A model generated the notes under the pieces. It was given only the letters and a program-made list of their open reading frames with translations. It did not search any database and was not told the origin of the DNA. A stretch of 61,804 nt of DNA, filler included, from Jimgerdemannia flammicorona (lineage: Eukaryota): NCBI GenBank assembly GCA_003990765.1. It is 3 parts of 3 records of this genome, joined end to end, with 100 filler letters (N's around TTAATTAATTAA, not from the genome) between each part and the next. Parts side by side here need not be neighbours in the genome. Positions count along the whole stretch, not along the records: positions 20,638 to 41,173 come from RBNJ01001658.1; 2 more parts are not named here. One strand, given 5' to 3'. This document shows, piece after piece, positions 27,300 to 41,273 of this stretch. Numbering within the stretch: position 1 is the stretch's first letter; every line of letters starts with the position of its first letter. Both the position numbers and the translations under genes were made by a program.

Positions 27300-30200
27300 C
27301 AATATGTTTTCAAGTTTTTATTTTGAGCATACTGATGTACATCATGTGGTAGAAGTCTATCTACAAGGCACAACAAATTTTGGCAAAAACCATCAAGTTT
27401 TGGTGACATGGCTAGTCAAGGTTCCTCTAGCTCTGAGTGTCTAGAGAGGAGGAGGCCTGGTCTGGATATTCCCAAGAGCTTTGCAGCTATTGCAGGGGCT
27501 GGTATAGCTGTAGGAGGGGCTGATGATCAGGGGAGGTTCAGTGGAATCAAGGCCTGGCATACTGTGGTTGGAAGCAGGAGGGCTGTAGTCAGGCCCTTGG
27601 GAGTGGAGCAGGGGGGGTATAGTATTGACAGGGGGAGGGGTCAGGTAACAGGTCAGGTGACAGGTCAGGTGATAGGTCAGGTGGCTGGCAGGGGACAGGG
27701 GTCTGGTGGTATGATGCTGGGGACTAGTTCTTTTGTGGCTGGGCCAGTGGCTGGGAAGAGGACTACTGGTGGTATAGCTGTAACTGGTGAGGTGACTATT
27801 GGTGTTTCTGAGATTAAGAGAAAGGTAACTCTGGCAGCTGGGACAGGCAAGTTGATGGTGAGGCCCTTTTTTTACAAATCAGTATTGATGTGGGCAGTCT
27901 TGGCAAATTTTCTGAAATTGGTGATGTCAGCTAGAGAGGTTCTGAGACTAGTAGGAGAGGAAGTGGCTAGGGCAGAATCTTTGAAGTTCATCTCTTTGGT
28001 GGAGGCTATGGAGATTGGATTTGTGGAGGAGGATACAATGATGAAGGCACTGGAGAAAGGAATGACTATTAAGGGTGTCTGAATTGAGATGGCAAGGTGT
28101 TTGAGGTAGGACCCATGTGCTGTTCAACTGGTGGTAGAGGGTTTGCCAACTCTGGGCAGACAGGAGACCAAGGAGATAGTAGTGGAGGTACTGGGTGGCT
28201 ATGGTGAGATGGTGGATTTTGGGTTCATATTCTGAGAGGGCACTAAATTGAGGAATGGCAACTGCAAGGTAATGCTGCGACTGGAAGGCAAGGAGGCAAC
28301 TGGGCTGGAATGAGATTGGCCTGAGGGGATTCAAATTGGAGGGCAAGAGTGCAAGGTATGGAGGAGGAAGGGAGTGGAACAGGAGAAGAAAGAGTTGGTA
28401 ATTGCTCTGAAGGAGAGAGAGGCTGCAAAGGAGTTGTGAAAGAGGAAGTGGGAAGAGTTTGCCAAGGATTGGGTCTGGATTCAGGCAGATGGTAAGTGGA
28501 AGAGATGGAGGAAAGGGAATTGGGAGCATCTGCAGACAGCCCTTCAGGGGGCAGTAGTGGAAGAGGAGGTGAGAGTAGAGGTAGCTAAGAATCAGATGGA
28601 AGGAGTGGAAGTGGCAGAGATGTCCTTCTCCCAGCTGGGTGGTGTGGAGAGCTCAGTGCATGTACTGGTGAGAGGAAAGTGGGCAGATAAGAAGAAGGTG
28701 GGTGAAGGAGACTTTGAGGTGAATATTGAAGTAATGCCAGAGACTCAGGTGGAGGACACCCATATGGCTGGGGCAGCAAATATCCATTGAGAGTACCCTG
28801 AGGTGGTATATTTGGAGAAGGTTGTGGAGGAGGATAAGCTGGTGGATGTGGCTTTGGATGTATTGGTAGATAGAGAGCAACTGCAGGAGCTGAGCAGGAC
28901 CCCCAGGCCATTGACTCCTGGGCCCCTGGCAATGACAACAGAGAGCTGATATCAGGTAATGCTTGAAGAACTTGCTGAGGAAGACATCAAGAAAGCGGAT
29001 GTATTTCATGGATCTCAGGAGGCATGGGAAGGATTTCTCAATATTACAATGTAGGAGCCTAAGCTGGTGATGGTGATGGTTGCAGCTCTTCTGGATGATG
29101 AAGAATATGATGTTGATGAGAGCAGGATGGCAGACATCAGAAAGGTGGCAGCAGAAAGAGTGGACCTTTTCTGCAGCAGTGTGAATGGTGATTGAATCTG
29201 GAGGGTGATTTGTGAGGACCAGTGAGAGATCATTAGAGGAAGGATCAAGAAAGTGGTGGTGGTCCCAGCTGAGCTTTAAACATTTTCTTTGATGATGATG
29301 AACAGTTTACATATCTTATCAATCAATGTTAATGGATTGTATGATGGTGTTAAGAGGCAGAGGCTGTTTCGATGGCTTAAAGTCAGAAGATATGATATTG
29401 TTTTTCTTCAGGATGTTCAGATGTATGGAGAGCAGGACTTTGAGGTGTGGAGTAAAGAATGGTATGGTAGAATGGGTTGGAACAAGCAGGTGGGCATCTT
29501 GGTCAGTATAGGTAAAGATGAGCTGGTGGAGATTGAGGTCTATGGTGACAGATTGATATGGGGAAGACTAAAAGAAGGGGCAGGTAATGGTCTAGCAGTA
29601 GGCTTGGTTTATCTCCCTATAGTTGGCAGAGAGCAAAAGCAATGGGTTGAGGACTGGTGGACTTGGGAAGGTCAGGAGGTGGTTGCACTGGACATTCTGG
29701 GGGGGGATTTTAATATGGTGCATGATTGGGCACTAGACAGATCAGATGGAGGAGTAGGCATAGTGGTATCCTCTGGGCTGTCTCAGTGGCTTCAGGTGGA
29801 GCATGATATGGAACTGGTGGATGGCATCTATCAGTATCAGGGAGATGAGTCAGGACCTTTCACCTGGTGGCACTCAGTTGGAGACAGATTGGTCAAGACA
29901 TGAATTGATTAGGTGCTGGTAGCTGAGTGCTAGGGTAATATACTAGATGTTGTAGAGGTGCATTAGTGCCCTTGGTCAGATCATTAGGGAGTGGAGGTAT
30001 GTGGCAGATTCCAAGCAGCAGGCTGTGGTGGAGGGCACTGGTGTCTCAACATAGTCTTACTTAGAGGGAAGAAGGAGAGAGATCAGTTTGTGGACATAAT
30101 GTAACAGAAAGTAATATATTGGCAGAATGATGGGCAGTTAATAGCAGAATGGTGGGGTAAATTCAAACATTTGGCTGGTACTTACTAGTGGGATATTGGT

Positions 30201-33039
30201 GAAGTAGTTGAGAAGGAGCAGAAGGACAAGGAAAGGAGAGTAGAGAAGGGGCTGAGATGGCAATTAAAGCTAATGGAAGTGGGGAATCTGTCTGGAGAGA
30301 TGTGCCATTAGCTGGCAGTAGAGATGGTAGAGCTGCAGGCTGAATTGAGGGCAGCTGAGGATAGGATAGTAGATGGCCTGCTTGCCAGACTATGGGCAAG
30401 GCAGTTGGAGGAAGGTGAGAGGCCAACTAAATATCTGTCTGGAATTTTGAAGGCCAGAAGAGTGCGATACAGCTAGGCCTCAGTATTGTGCAAAGATGAA
30501 ATAGAGGTCTCAGAGATTACTGATATATTGGGAGAGGTCTCAGGATAATATTAGGCTCTCTGGCAGGATAGAGGAGAGTATGCAGAGGATGTAGTACTTG
30601 GGGAGGATGATGACAATATGGTGAACAATTGGTCAGTGGCAGTGGTACCTGAGATAGGGAGGGTAGTGATGGGTGAAGTGTCTTTGGATGAAGTTTTGGA
30701 GGTATTGTAGAAGATACAAACTGGTTTGTCACCTGGAGAGGATGGGCTGCCCTGGGAATTCTGGAAGGAGTTTAAGGCAGAGTTTGGCATCTGGTTGGTA
30801 GAGATGACCAACTTTATTCTGAAGGAGGACAGTTGGATTGACAATGGCTTCTTGGGATTAGTTACCCTCCTATATAAGGAAAAGAGCGATTGGCAGGTAT
30901 GGCAGAATTGGTGACCTATTATGCTGCTAAATGTGGATAGAAAGCTGGTCTCAAAGATTCTAGCAGGGAGGATGCAGCAGTATATGGGCATGCTGGTTGG
31001 TGAAGAGCAGTGAGGCTTTGTCAAAGGAAGGCAGATCAGAGATAGTACAGCTTGGGTACAGAATGTCTTAGAGGGCTGTAGGAGCTGGCAGGTGGATGGT
31101 AGGATGGTTTTCCTGGATCAAGAGAAGGCCTATGATAGAGTGTGGTAGATTTACTTAGAAGCCATTCTGAGGAAGATTAGATTTGGAGTAGCAGAAGCAG
31201 AGAGATTGATAGGCTTAGTATGGAAATACAGAGTGACAGTTATGATGAATGAATAGAGTGGCCTGGAGTTTTCTTTGGGGCATGGTGTGCCACAGAGAGA
31301 CTCTCTCTCCCCCCTCCTTTATATACACTCTCTGGAGTCATTACTGATATGGATAAAGAGATGGCTTTCTGAACTGTGAATGGGTGGTGTGGTCTGGAAG
31401 CTAGGTGCTTTCACAGATGATATGGTGGTTGGATTGGATAGTATGGAGGATGTGGACCTCTTGCAGGAAGGGGTTGGACAGTATGAGAGACTGGCAGGGG
31501 CAAAGCTGAATTAGAACAAGTGTGAGACAATAGAACTTGATACCAGTCTGGGGGAACATAGACAATTTGGATAATTGGTGGCTACTGAGAGTACTGTTCA
31601 GTATCTGAGTATTTGGTTCTCAGTGTATGGGACAGTCCTACCAAAGAAGTAGTGGAGTAGCATGATTCAGAAGTTGGAAGGTGCTTTGACTAGTTGGTCT
31701 GAGAGGAGTTTCTCCTTGATAGGCAGGATTGTGGTCTTGAATATATATTGGCTGCCTAAATTGTGGTATCTAGAATATCACTTGGACTTTCTGGAGTAGG
31801 TAGTGTAGTGGCTGAAGAAAATTGTGGAAGGCTGGTTATGGTGTTGGAAGCAGTCATAGGTTGGGTAGAATACATTAGTGATGTAGATGACTGATGGTGG
31901 CCTGGGATTGGTGGACTTCAGGCAATAGCTGAAGATACTTAGGAGTTGGTAAGGGTGCTGATTGGCTGAACTAGGTGAAGGGGGCTGGGGCAGACTAGTG
32001 ATGGACAATTGTGATATTTGGTTCTGCCTCTGTGGTGAGGTTTGGAAGGATATGTGGGGTTTGCTTCAGGTTAGAAATATTGGTTGACTGTGGTATAAGG
32101 GATTCTGGTGGGGCATGGTAGAGGTCTGACTGACCATGGGGTTGGCAGGACCAGAGATAGAGGTTGGTGAGGATTCTGAGTAGAGATGGTGGTGATTGAG
32201 AGACCTCCATATTGGTGATCATAGTCTGAAGAAGTACTCATTGGTTGAGGTGATGGAGTGGATCAGGCCTGGCCCTCTGGAGAGATGGCCAGCAGATTGG
32301 CAGAAGGCAGGATTGGGTGAAGGCTGAGAGTGGGGCCAAATCTGGAGTTGGAGAGCCACCTTGCTCAAGGTGGTACCCCCCAAGTACTGGATTGTATAGT
32401 GGTGCTTCTTGAGAAGAAATGTGATATTGGGGTATTGGACAGGATGGATAGAGGTAGATGGCTGTTGGGACTGTGAGTGGTGCAGTAAGGTGGATGGCAG
32501 GGTGGTTCAGTTACTGGAGCATGTTCTGGTAGCCTGCCCTGGTGTTGAAGAGTTCTGGCAGTATTTGGAAGATTACTGGTGCTCTGCTAGTAGAAGGACA
32601 GGAGATTCTGTCAGTCTAGTGGTCAAGTGCCAGCTGGTAGGGGAGATAAGAGATATCTGGAGTAGCCTAGGTCAAGTCCTGGAGGTCTGGATTCTGATAG
32701 CAGTATATTAGAGATGGGTGTTTAAGCAAGACCTGTGGTTAGGGATTGGTGAGCTGGTGGAGCAGTGAAAGTGGCTTCTTCAGGAGGTGGTATAAGGGTA
32801 GTAGTATCAGGGGAGGTGGCTTCAACCAGGGACCTTGCAGAAGGTACAGGACATTATCCAGCAGAGTCAAGGATACCTGGTGTTAGATGAGCATAGGGTT
32901 AGATAGAAGAAAGGAGTTGGGTGACCAACTCTACCTATATATGATATGTTATAGTAGCAGTTTGTAGTTAATTTTCATTATAATAGTGTTTTATATAGTT
33001 TGAATAAAGAAGTCCAAGTAAAATAATAATAATAATAAT
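27300..33039 (+). mobile_element. Near full-length degenerate L1/Tx1-like LINE, second family (ORF1 27408-~29278; ORF2 ~29290-32905)
   Basis: Motifs ILSINVNGL...YDIVFLQD, GGDFN, SPGEDGLP, LDQEKAYDRV, AFTDD and CEWC...EHVLVACP. Ends in AATAAA and (TAA)n. Confidence 0.93.
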
Positions 33040-33049
33040 ATATATTTAA

Positions 33050-33648
33050 AATCACTATACTGCCTATTAAAGAAAGATTTCTCTCAGACTAATTAGTCAG
33101 AGCTCTCTTCTATTTTAGTACCATTTTATGCTATCACTCTACCAGCAGAATTATCTCATATATAGAGAACCAAATTTCTAAATACTGAACAGTCTTACTA
33201 GTAGAGATAATTTTCCTGAATCTACTCTCCACTTCTAAGTCAGTACTAATTTCCAATATTTTACACTTTCTCTGATTTAACTTTGCCCCAGCTAGCATCT
33301 TATACAATCCAACTCTTTTCTGCAAAATATCTCTATTCTCAATACAACTCAATCTACTATCATATTATCTGCAAAAGTCCTCAGCTTCCAAACTACTTCT
33401 TCTATCTGCAGTTCAGTCAGCTGCTTCTTCAGTAAAGCCAACATAGATTCCAAAGAGAGAACATAAAGCAGAAGGGAAAGCAGATCACTCTGAGGAATAC
33501 TTCTACTCAATATGAACTCTGGATTATACCAACTATTTATCAGAATCACTGGCCAACTTCTGTAGATCAGTTCCATAAGCCTATCTGCCTCTACAGTACC
33601 AAACTCAGCCTTCTGCAGAACCACCTCCAAATAGCTCTATGTACCCTA
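33050..33648 (-). mobile_element. Highly degraded LINE RT fragment, inverted
   Basis: SIPQSDLLSLLLYVLSLE, TFADNMIV and GAKLN...KC; homologous to 31140-31730. Confidence 0.85.
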
Positions 33649-34099
33649 TCAAATAGAGCATACTGTAATAAAATCAAATAAAGTGAATATTTAATATCAC
33701 TTATTTATATATTAAACTTGAAGATTTTATTTTTGCTATTACTTTGCTTATGTTTTTTAATGATTCAATAACTGTAGTAAGTAATCTAAAACTATAACCT
33801 AATGCTCTGTTTTTATACTTCTTTTAAAGTCTTAACTAATACTGATAGAACTTTGATATATCTTCTGAGAGTAGAATATGAATATTTTTAGAGAACATTT
33901 CTTCATTTTCATATAATAAATTTCTCTATAACTGAATTATCATTAATAAAAATAATAAAATCTAGTATATTTCTTTCATTCTGACAGAACTACCTTAAAG
34001 AAAAATAATTATTATTTTTTATTTTTTGTTTTTTATTTTACCTAAAATAATCTATACTTAAAATAACTTATAAAAAAAATATATATATGTATATAAAAA

Positions 34100-35234
34100 G
34101 AAAAATAAATATAAATTTATAATAAAAAACATAATCAATAAACTTTAAGAGAGAAATGAAGAATTATTAAACCAAATTGAATAATTAAAAGTACTATTAT
34201 GAGTTATATAGTTGAATAATGAAGAAATTAAATAAGAGATAACCAAATATTTAGAGAATAGATATATTACTCATAATTCTGATCTAGTAATAATTGATAA
34301 AATCACCCAAATTAATAATGAAGAATACTGATCAAGGCTTTGTGAGAACTATTCTGCTGAAAGTTCTCAGAGAGGATATATTTATTTACTTTATTAATAT
34401 ATTCAATATTATAATAATTGATTAACACTATAATGAAATAAATAATATTAAAAAAGATATTTTCTCTACTCTGCAAGATTTAGATTCAGAGAAAAGTAAA
34501 AAAATTATTGAAAAATAATTAGAAGAGAATAAGATAAAAAAGGAACTATTTGAAGATAACTAAAGAGAAGAGTTTAGAAATTATTATAATCTTTATAGTA
34601 TTTCTTTTAAAGATATGGTAAAAGATATTACTAAATAAACTGCAAAAGTTAAAATTAAACATAAAAGTTTTAAGAAAATATTGAGGAACTTTTATTAGAT
34701 TATTCTGAATTAACAGAAAAAGATATAGAAAATGAAAGAGTTTATTGGTTAGAAGGAGAACTATAAGAATTATTAGAGAAAATCAAAAATAGTAAATGAG
34801 ATAAACTCAATAAGGTTATTATGAGAATTATTGAGAAATAAGAAGTAGATACCAAAACTCACTTTATTTCTTTTACTAAAATTAGCAAGGAATGAAATGA
34901 TAAAAAGAATGTATCTTTAAAAGAGAAAATTTGAGATAATTTAGAAATCATTTAGCAAAATTATGTTATAATTGAAAATCAAAAAAGAGAAATTTAAAAA
35001 TTATAAGAGGAAGTGAGAGATAATGCAGAATTATTGAGAAAGATAAGAGAAATAATTCAAATATAGAAAATACTACTTAATTTAGCTGATAAGTCCTTAT
35101 CTTTTTTACCTAAAAAGCAAAATAGATTTCAATACTTAGGAATAGGAATAAAAGTTAAAGCTCAGAAATTGATAGAAAAAATTAAGTCTTAAACTTGAGA
35201 AATAGTTGCTCAGATAGAAGTTAAGGTTAAGTAG
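34100..35234 (+). pseudogene. Decayed Mollicutes-like coiled-coil protein gene (candidate endobacterial origin)
   Basis: A long K/E/I/N-rich frame in which TAA/TAG fall where Gln would fit and some TGA where Trp would fit. It ends LPKKQNRFQ...KAQKLIEKIKS*T*EIVAQIEVKVK-stop, with no introns visible. Confidence 0.6.
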
Positions 35235-35235
35235 T

Positions 35236-35430
35236 ATGAAAGAACTACTTTATACTGTTTTAGAATTAGAGGAATGAGATAAAGATATAACTTGTAACTT
35301 TTGCTCTGATTTCAATAAAAGAAACAAAATAGTTTGTTAAATCAGAATTTAGAGTAAAGTAAGTTATAGAATAGTTAATAATACTTGTACTTGTGAAGAA
35401 TATATGGAAAAATACCTTTCTCTAATATAA
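35236..35430 (+). pseudogene. Small Cys-motif ORF remnant 1 nt downstream of the previous stop
   Basis: MKELLYTVLELEE(TGA)DKDITCNFCSDF...TCTCEEY; operon-like spacing TAG-T-ATG. Confidence 0.45.
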
Positions 35431-35459
35431 TTTATATTATACAAACTTCTGGCAATACT

Positions 35460-38400
35460 TTTCACAACAATTCAGAGAAAAGATATTATTAAAATGTCTT
35501 TGAGCAAGAGTTCTGACAGGTGTGCTGAGTCAGGTGGATCTGGAGCATTTGGCTGATAATATATGGAGAGGGGTTATAATCTGGAGATGAGCTCTTTTAG
35601 AGATATGAAAGATGGGGAGGACTCTAGAGAGTGACCAGTATCTGATAGAAATGGGGAAGATCTAGGCCCTCAAGTTTTACTAACAAGGTGAAAGAGAGTG
35701 GATGGCTGGTAGGTGCTTGAGCTAGTAAAGCTAAGGAGAAAGACAAGGCTAGCTTGGGGAGGGCAAGAGGTCCTTTGCTGAGAAGAGCAAGTATAGGAGC
35801 AGGAGGGGCTGTGGCTGGGGACAGTAGAGTGACTACTGATGGGGATATAATAGAGGATTAAGAAAAAAAAAAAGATGTGATGACTGATAGTGATACTATA
35901 TAGGGGGACAGACAGGGATAGAGAGACCTGGCTGATAGTATAATAGGCCTGGTAGTGATTCCATTACTCAAGAAGTCAATCTTAGAGTTTGCAGTTATAT
36001 TGTACTTCTAGAGTTTAGCAGTGATAGTAAGAATGATTCTGGGGCTAATCTCAAAACAGATAACTGGAGCAGCCTTAGTGAAGTTCCTGAAGAAACTTAA
36101 GGAGATAGAGATAGACTTTGAGGAGGCTGCCCTCTTGGAGGAGGCAATGAAGATAGGGCTGACTATAGGAGAGATTGTGGTTCTAATAACTTACTGTCTA
36201 AGGTGAGACCCCAGAGTGGTCTAGTTACTGATAAAGAGAGTACCCATAGTGATGATGGTCAAGATAAAGAGAAGGGTGGAGGAGGTTATGGTGGAGTATG
36301 GTGAGGTGGTTGATATCAGCTTCCAGGTCTGAGAGAGGACTTCTTCAGAATGAGAGATATAGATATCAGGCTCTGGTTGACTGAGATGGAGGCTTGGGAA
36401 AGCTAAGAGACTAGTCCTCAGTGCTGATGTGGAGGACATTTATCTGTAAGATAATGAGTAAAAGGGAGTATAGAGGAAAAGAAAGATCTGGTAGAGATAT
36501 TAAAGGAGCTCAGTGGAGTAGTAAAGTAGTAGGCCAAGATATGGCAGGTGTATGTAGACTCAACATATTTGGAAGTAGTAGATGGGGAGTATATTCAGGT
36601 GGATAAAGGGCAGTGGGAGAGAGTGCAGAGGTATAAGTAACAGAGGGAGTTGCTGGCTAGTTTGAAAGAGAAGGTGAAGAAGAAGGTAGTGCCCAGCTCT
36701 GATAGTACTGTAGGGGGTGCTTGAGAGAGTGTCTGAACAGATGTGGAGGTGGAGAAGAGTGTAAAGACTGTGGGTGGGAGCCAGGAGGTAAGAGCCCAGG
36801 CTCTCTATAATGATGGTATACTGGAGTTATGAGAGGAGAGCAAGAATTTGAGAGAGAGGTCTGGAGTTATATAGCCAAGAGCTGGGGAGAATATGGAGAT
36901 AATGAAGACTCATTGTATTCAGTTTGGAGTATCTGAGATAGCAAGTGGAGGGTGGATGGTTGAGGTTAGAGAGGATGAGCTGGTGGATATTCCTGAGGAG
37001 AAGTAGGATGAGTCTGTAAGTACAGGAGCAGACATGGTAATACTGGGGGCTGACCAACCAGCAATCTCTAGAGATAAGAAGATTGGAGACTTGCAGTGGA
37101 TATATATATCTGATGATAAATAACTTAGTGACTGAGGAGTTGAGAGATATAGATTTGTGAGTTATCAGTGAGGAGTACTGAGCAAGGGTACTGCAGGAAG
37201 AAGGTATTGTGGAGGCCCTGGCAACAGAGGTGTTGGCAGTATTTCTGAATGAGGAAGGCTATGAGGTAGATGAGATAAGGGGTGGTGGCTGCTAGGGAGT
37301 GGGCAGCCTATTGGTGGGAACAGAGGTATAGGCTAGAGATCTGGCAAGAGGTTTGTCTGGAGTACTGAGAGGAGATAGAGTTGAAGGATGATATATGTAG
37401 TAATGAATGAACCTCTGGTTGGACTGAAGGCTAAGTGGATTGAGAGAGAGGAAACTGCTGCAGAACATAGATTAGACTTGGCTAGAGAGAAGAGAAATAT
37501 AAAGTTATAAAGAGAATATATCTATTTTAACATTATTCCTCATAAACAGTACAACTAATATATTTTCATTGAATGTGAATAGCTTGAGGGGTGCTCAGAG
37601 GCAATATAACATTTTTACTTAGCTAAAGAGATTATAGGCAGATCTTTTTCTTCTACAGAATATATAATGTGAGAAGAACCTAGATCAATAGGAGTAGATG
37701 AGAGAATTGGAGAGGGGCAGCAGTATAGATAGACAAGATCAGGATACTGGTGCAGAAAGGGTAAGGTGAAATATGTGAAAGCAGAAATTGAGGGGATCAA
37801 CTGGTCTGGAGAGAATGGCATCAGCCAGAGTGGGAGTCAATTGTGGTTGGATCTTGTTACTGTCCTGCTGTTAGGGGCAAGTATATAGAATAGATTACTG
37901 GTCTTCTAGATAGTAGAGCACTTGTAGAGGCTGGGGTAGATATGTTGAAAGAAGACTTTAATATAGTGTATTTAGCACAGATAGATAGGACAGATAGGGG
38001 GAGAAATGCTGAAGGCAGGAGTAGTGGCCTAGAAGGTTGGGAGGAAGTGGAGCAACTTGGATTCTTGGTAGATATTGGTTGAGCAATATGGGGTGATAGA
38101 AGAGTCTACACCTATTGGGTGGGTGGACTTGAAACTAGAATAGACTAGATGCTAACAGCCAATTATTGAGATCTAGATATCTGAAAGTTAGTGGTGCCCA
38201 TGGTCAGACCACTGGGATTTATAGAGCATGATTGGTTTGGGGGAAGTAGAGATAGGCCTAGACATTGGTATCTCAATTCCTCCTTATTAGCTGAGAAGGA
38301 GTTGTGGGATACTTGGGCTGAGAATATTAGATAGAAAGTGGATAGTTGGGTCTATGAGGGCACTTCTGTAGATATTCAGTGGGTGAGGTTAAAAGAGACT

Positions 38401-41173
38401 GCTAGGAATTACTAGAGTGAGACCAGTAAGATGGCTGGAAGACAGTAGCAGAGAAGGATGACCTGGGTCTCTGCTAGATTAGTCTAGCTTCAGGAGAATT
38501 GGGCAGATCTTTTGACCTTAGAGGGGGTTGAGAATTAGAGGCTGTTGCAAGCAAGACTGGAGGTTACTGAGTTATAACAGATGTTGAAGAAGAGAGAGGA
38601 GACCCATATGTGAGGAATGGCTGTACAGCTATACTAGCCCTCTAAGTACCTTTCAAGGCTCCTGTAGATAAGGAAGGTGAGGCAGTAGTAAGAGAAGGTA
38701 CTGGGTTCTGATGGTCTGCTGGTACATGGTTCACAAAACATTTTGGGCTCACTGAAGGAGAGGTAGAGCAGTTTATAGAGTGAGAAGGAGGGGGGGGGCT
38801 AATGAGGCCACCATAAAATATACTTTAGAGGAGTAGCACCCACCTCAAGTAGATAGACTAGGTGATTTGGTGTTGTTGGTTCAGAAGGAGGAGATACACC
38901 AAGTTCTTACCATAACTTTGCTGGGCACTGTACCTGGCAAGAATGGTCTGCTCTAGGACTTCTGGAAGAAGATGGTGGGAGTCCCTGGAGTGCTGGGAGA
39001 GATGAAAGCACTTTGCAACTTGATATTATAGACAGGAAAGTGGGTGGGAGAGTAGGACCTGGAGTTGGTAGCACTGCTATATAAGGACAAAAGTAGAAAG
39101 GAGGATTGAAAGAACTGGTAACTGATCATACTCCTGGACATAGACAGAAGATAGTCACTAAGTAGTTGTGGTAAGGCTGCAGAAGGTGGTCCAGCAAGTT
39201 CTGGATGAGGAGCAGTGGGGCTCTGTTGGGGGCTAGCTTATTAGAGATAGTACAGTCTGGGTTTATAGCATTATTGAAGAGACTTTAGCCTATAAGCTAG
39301 ATGAGAGATTGGTCTTTCTGGATCAGAAGAAGGCCTATGATCATGTCTGGCAGATCTGGTTGATGAAGATACTGGATAGAATTAGAGTCCCCTAGTAGTT
39401 CTGAGTGTCAATAATCAGTCTATTGGAAGGGAGTAGGATGGCACTCATGTACAATAGTCATCAGGGGGTGGTATTCTCTCTGGATAGAGGTGTTCTCCAG
39501 GGGGACCCACTGTACTTTATTTTGTATACTCTGTCCTTGGAGCTATTGATAGATAGGATTTGGTATAAGATGGTAGAGCTCTCTATATTTGAAATTGTTT
39601 AAAAGGTTGGGGCCTTTGTGGATGATATGATGGTGGACCTTAGATCAATTGCTAATATAAGAGCCCTTCAGGAAACAGTAGAGTAGTATGAGGTACACTT
39701 TGGGGCAAAACTCAACTAGTATAAATATGAAATAATAGTATTAGATAATGGTCTGGTGGGAGGAGATATCATTGGAACAATTGTCTCTGCTAGAGATACT
39801 GTATAGTACTTGAGTATTTTTCTCTCTATCTATAGGTCTGTTCTGTCTAGAATTTGATAGGAGTAGAGAGTGACTATTTGGAGAGAGGCTCTGTAGAGCT
39901 GAGGAGGTCACTATATCTCTTTAGTGGGCTGTGTTTCAATTCTGAATATTTACTGACTTCTGAAGCTATGGTATTTGACATATGTATCACTTAGACTTTC
40001 TGATCTGAGTAGTGAAGAGACTTTTAAAGCTAGCCAAAGACGGGATCTAGGCTGAAAGAAGGAGTTAGATTAGCTGGGAGATCCTGTCATTACTAGTGAA
40101 AAGAGGAGATCTTGAACTAGTTGACTTACTGAAGAGACTTTATTATCTGAGAGCATGGTGGCTGAAGAGAGCTGTAGAACTAAGGGGGGGTGGCTGGGTA
40201 CCTCTGATGCAAAAGGTCTAAGAGATGAGGTTTTTATCAATGGGCTCATCTGGGGATCTATTGTCCTTAGTTAGACTTAGGAGTAGTGAATGCATGTAGT
40301 ATGAGGGCTTGTGGTAGGGGGCAGTTGATGAAGTATACCATATTGATCTTTGATGACAGGGGACTAAGGGAGAGATACCATAGGGTTCAGTAATATAGAG
40401 ATAGGACTGTATGTTATTGAGAGGTACTCTGCTGATTGATTTCAATATTAGTGATAGAGTGGAGTACCAGAGAGAGTTAGGACAGGATATATAGCCTAGA
40501 GGCTAGCAGATAGCAGGTATTGGAAAAGAGTGGAACTGAAATGAAATCTAGACTTAGAGTGCAAAGATGTAGTATTGGATACTGCCTAAGTTCTGAGTGA
40601 TATAGTAGTACTTGCTGAGAAGGAATATCATACTCAACTTTTGCTCAGGCTATCTTATGGAGGGGGGACAATTTGAGTATAAGAAGTATTATAATGTAGG
40701 ACAGAAAGGGGGTTTTGTACAGATACTAAAATATTGGCTTAGGGAGTATACAGTATTTGGAAACTTTTGGTTGACAGTTGAGACTTAATTGGGAGTAGTG
40801 AGGAGGAGGATTGATGAGCAAGATAGATAGGGAGACTTGAGAGATATATTGGTAGAGAAGATTGAAAATAAGTGGCTTATAGTTAGATGAGCTTTGACTA
40901 TATAGGTGGGGCTGGCTGGACACTGGTTGTTTGTTTTTGAGAAGAGGAGGTAATTGAGTTTAGAAGAAGAGCTGGTAAGATAGGAAGGATTGATGGTAGA
41001 TGTCTTGATGGGTTGATGGCTGGGATGGGGTCTGTAGAAGAGTCATCAGCAATACTTAGTAGAGAAGATTTGTAGGTAGAGTGGGGGGAGGATTATATTG
41101 GCAGATGATAAGATAGTCTTCAAGTATGAGAGTGTGAAGAGGGGGGGGGCCTAGGGGGATTGAGTAGTGGGCT
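35460..41173 (+). mobile_element. Near full-length, heavily mutated L1/Tx1-like LINE (same family as 20638-26330)
   Basis: ORF1 remnant (VRMILGLISKQITGAALVKFL), ORF2 starting near 37542 with ATG mutated to ATA, and motifs GVLQGDPL and AFVDD. Truncated by the contig end. Confidence 0.92.
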
Positions 41174-41273
41174 NNNNNNNNNNNNNNNNNNNNNNNNNNN
41201 NNNNNNNNNNNNNNNNNTTAATTAATTAANNNNNNNNNNNNNNNNNNNNNNNNNNNNNNNNNNNNNNNNNNNN
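41174..41273. other. Artificial contig spacer
   Basis: Same linker as 20538-20637. Confidence 0.99.
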
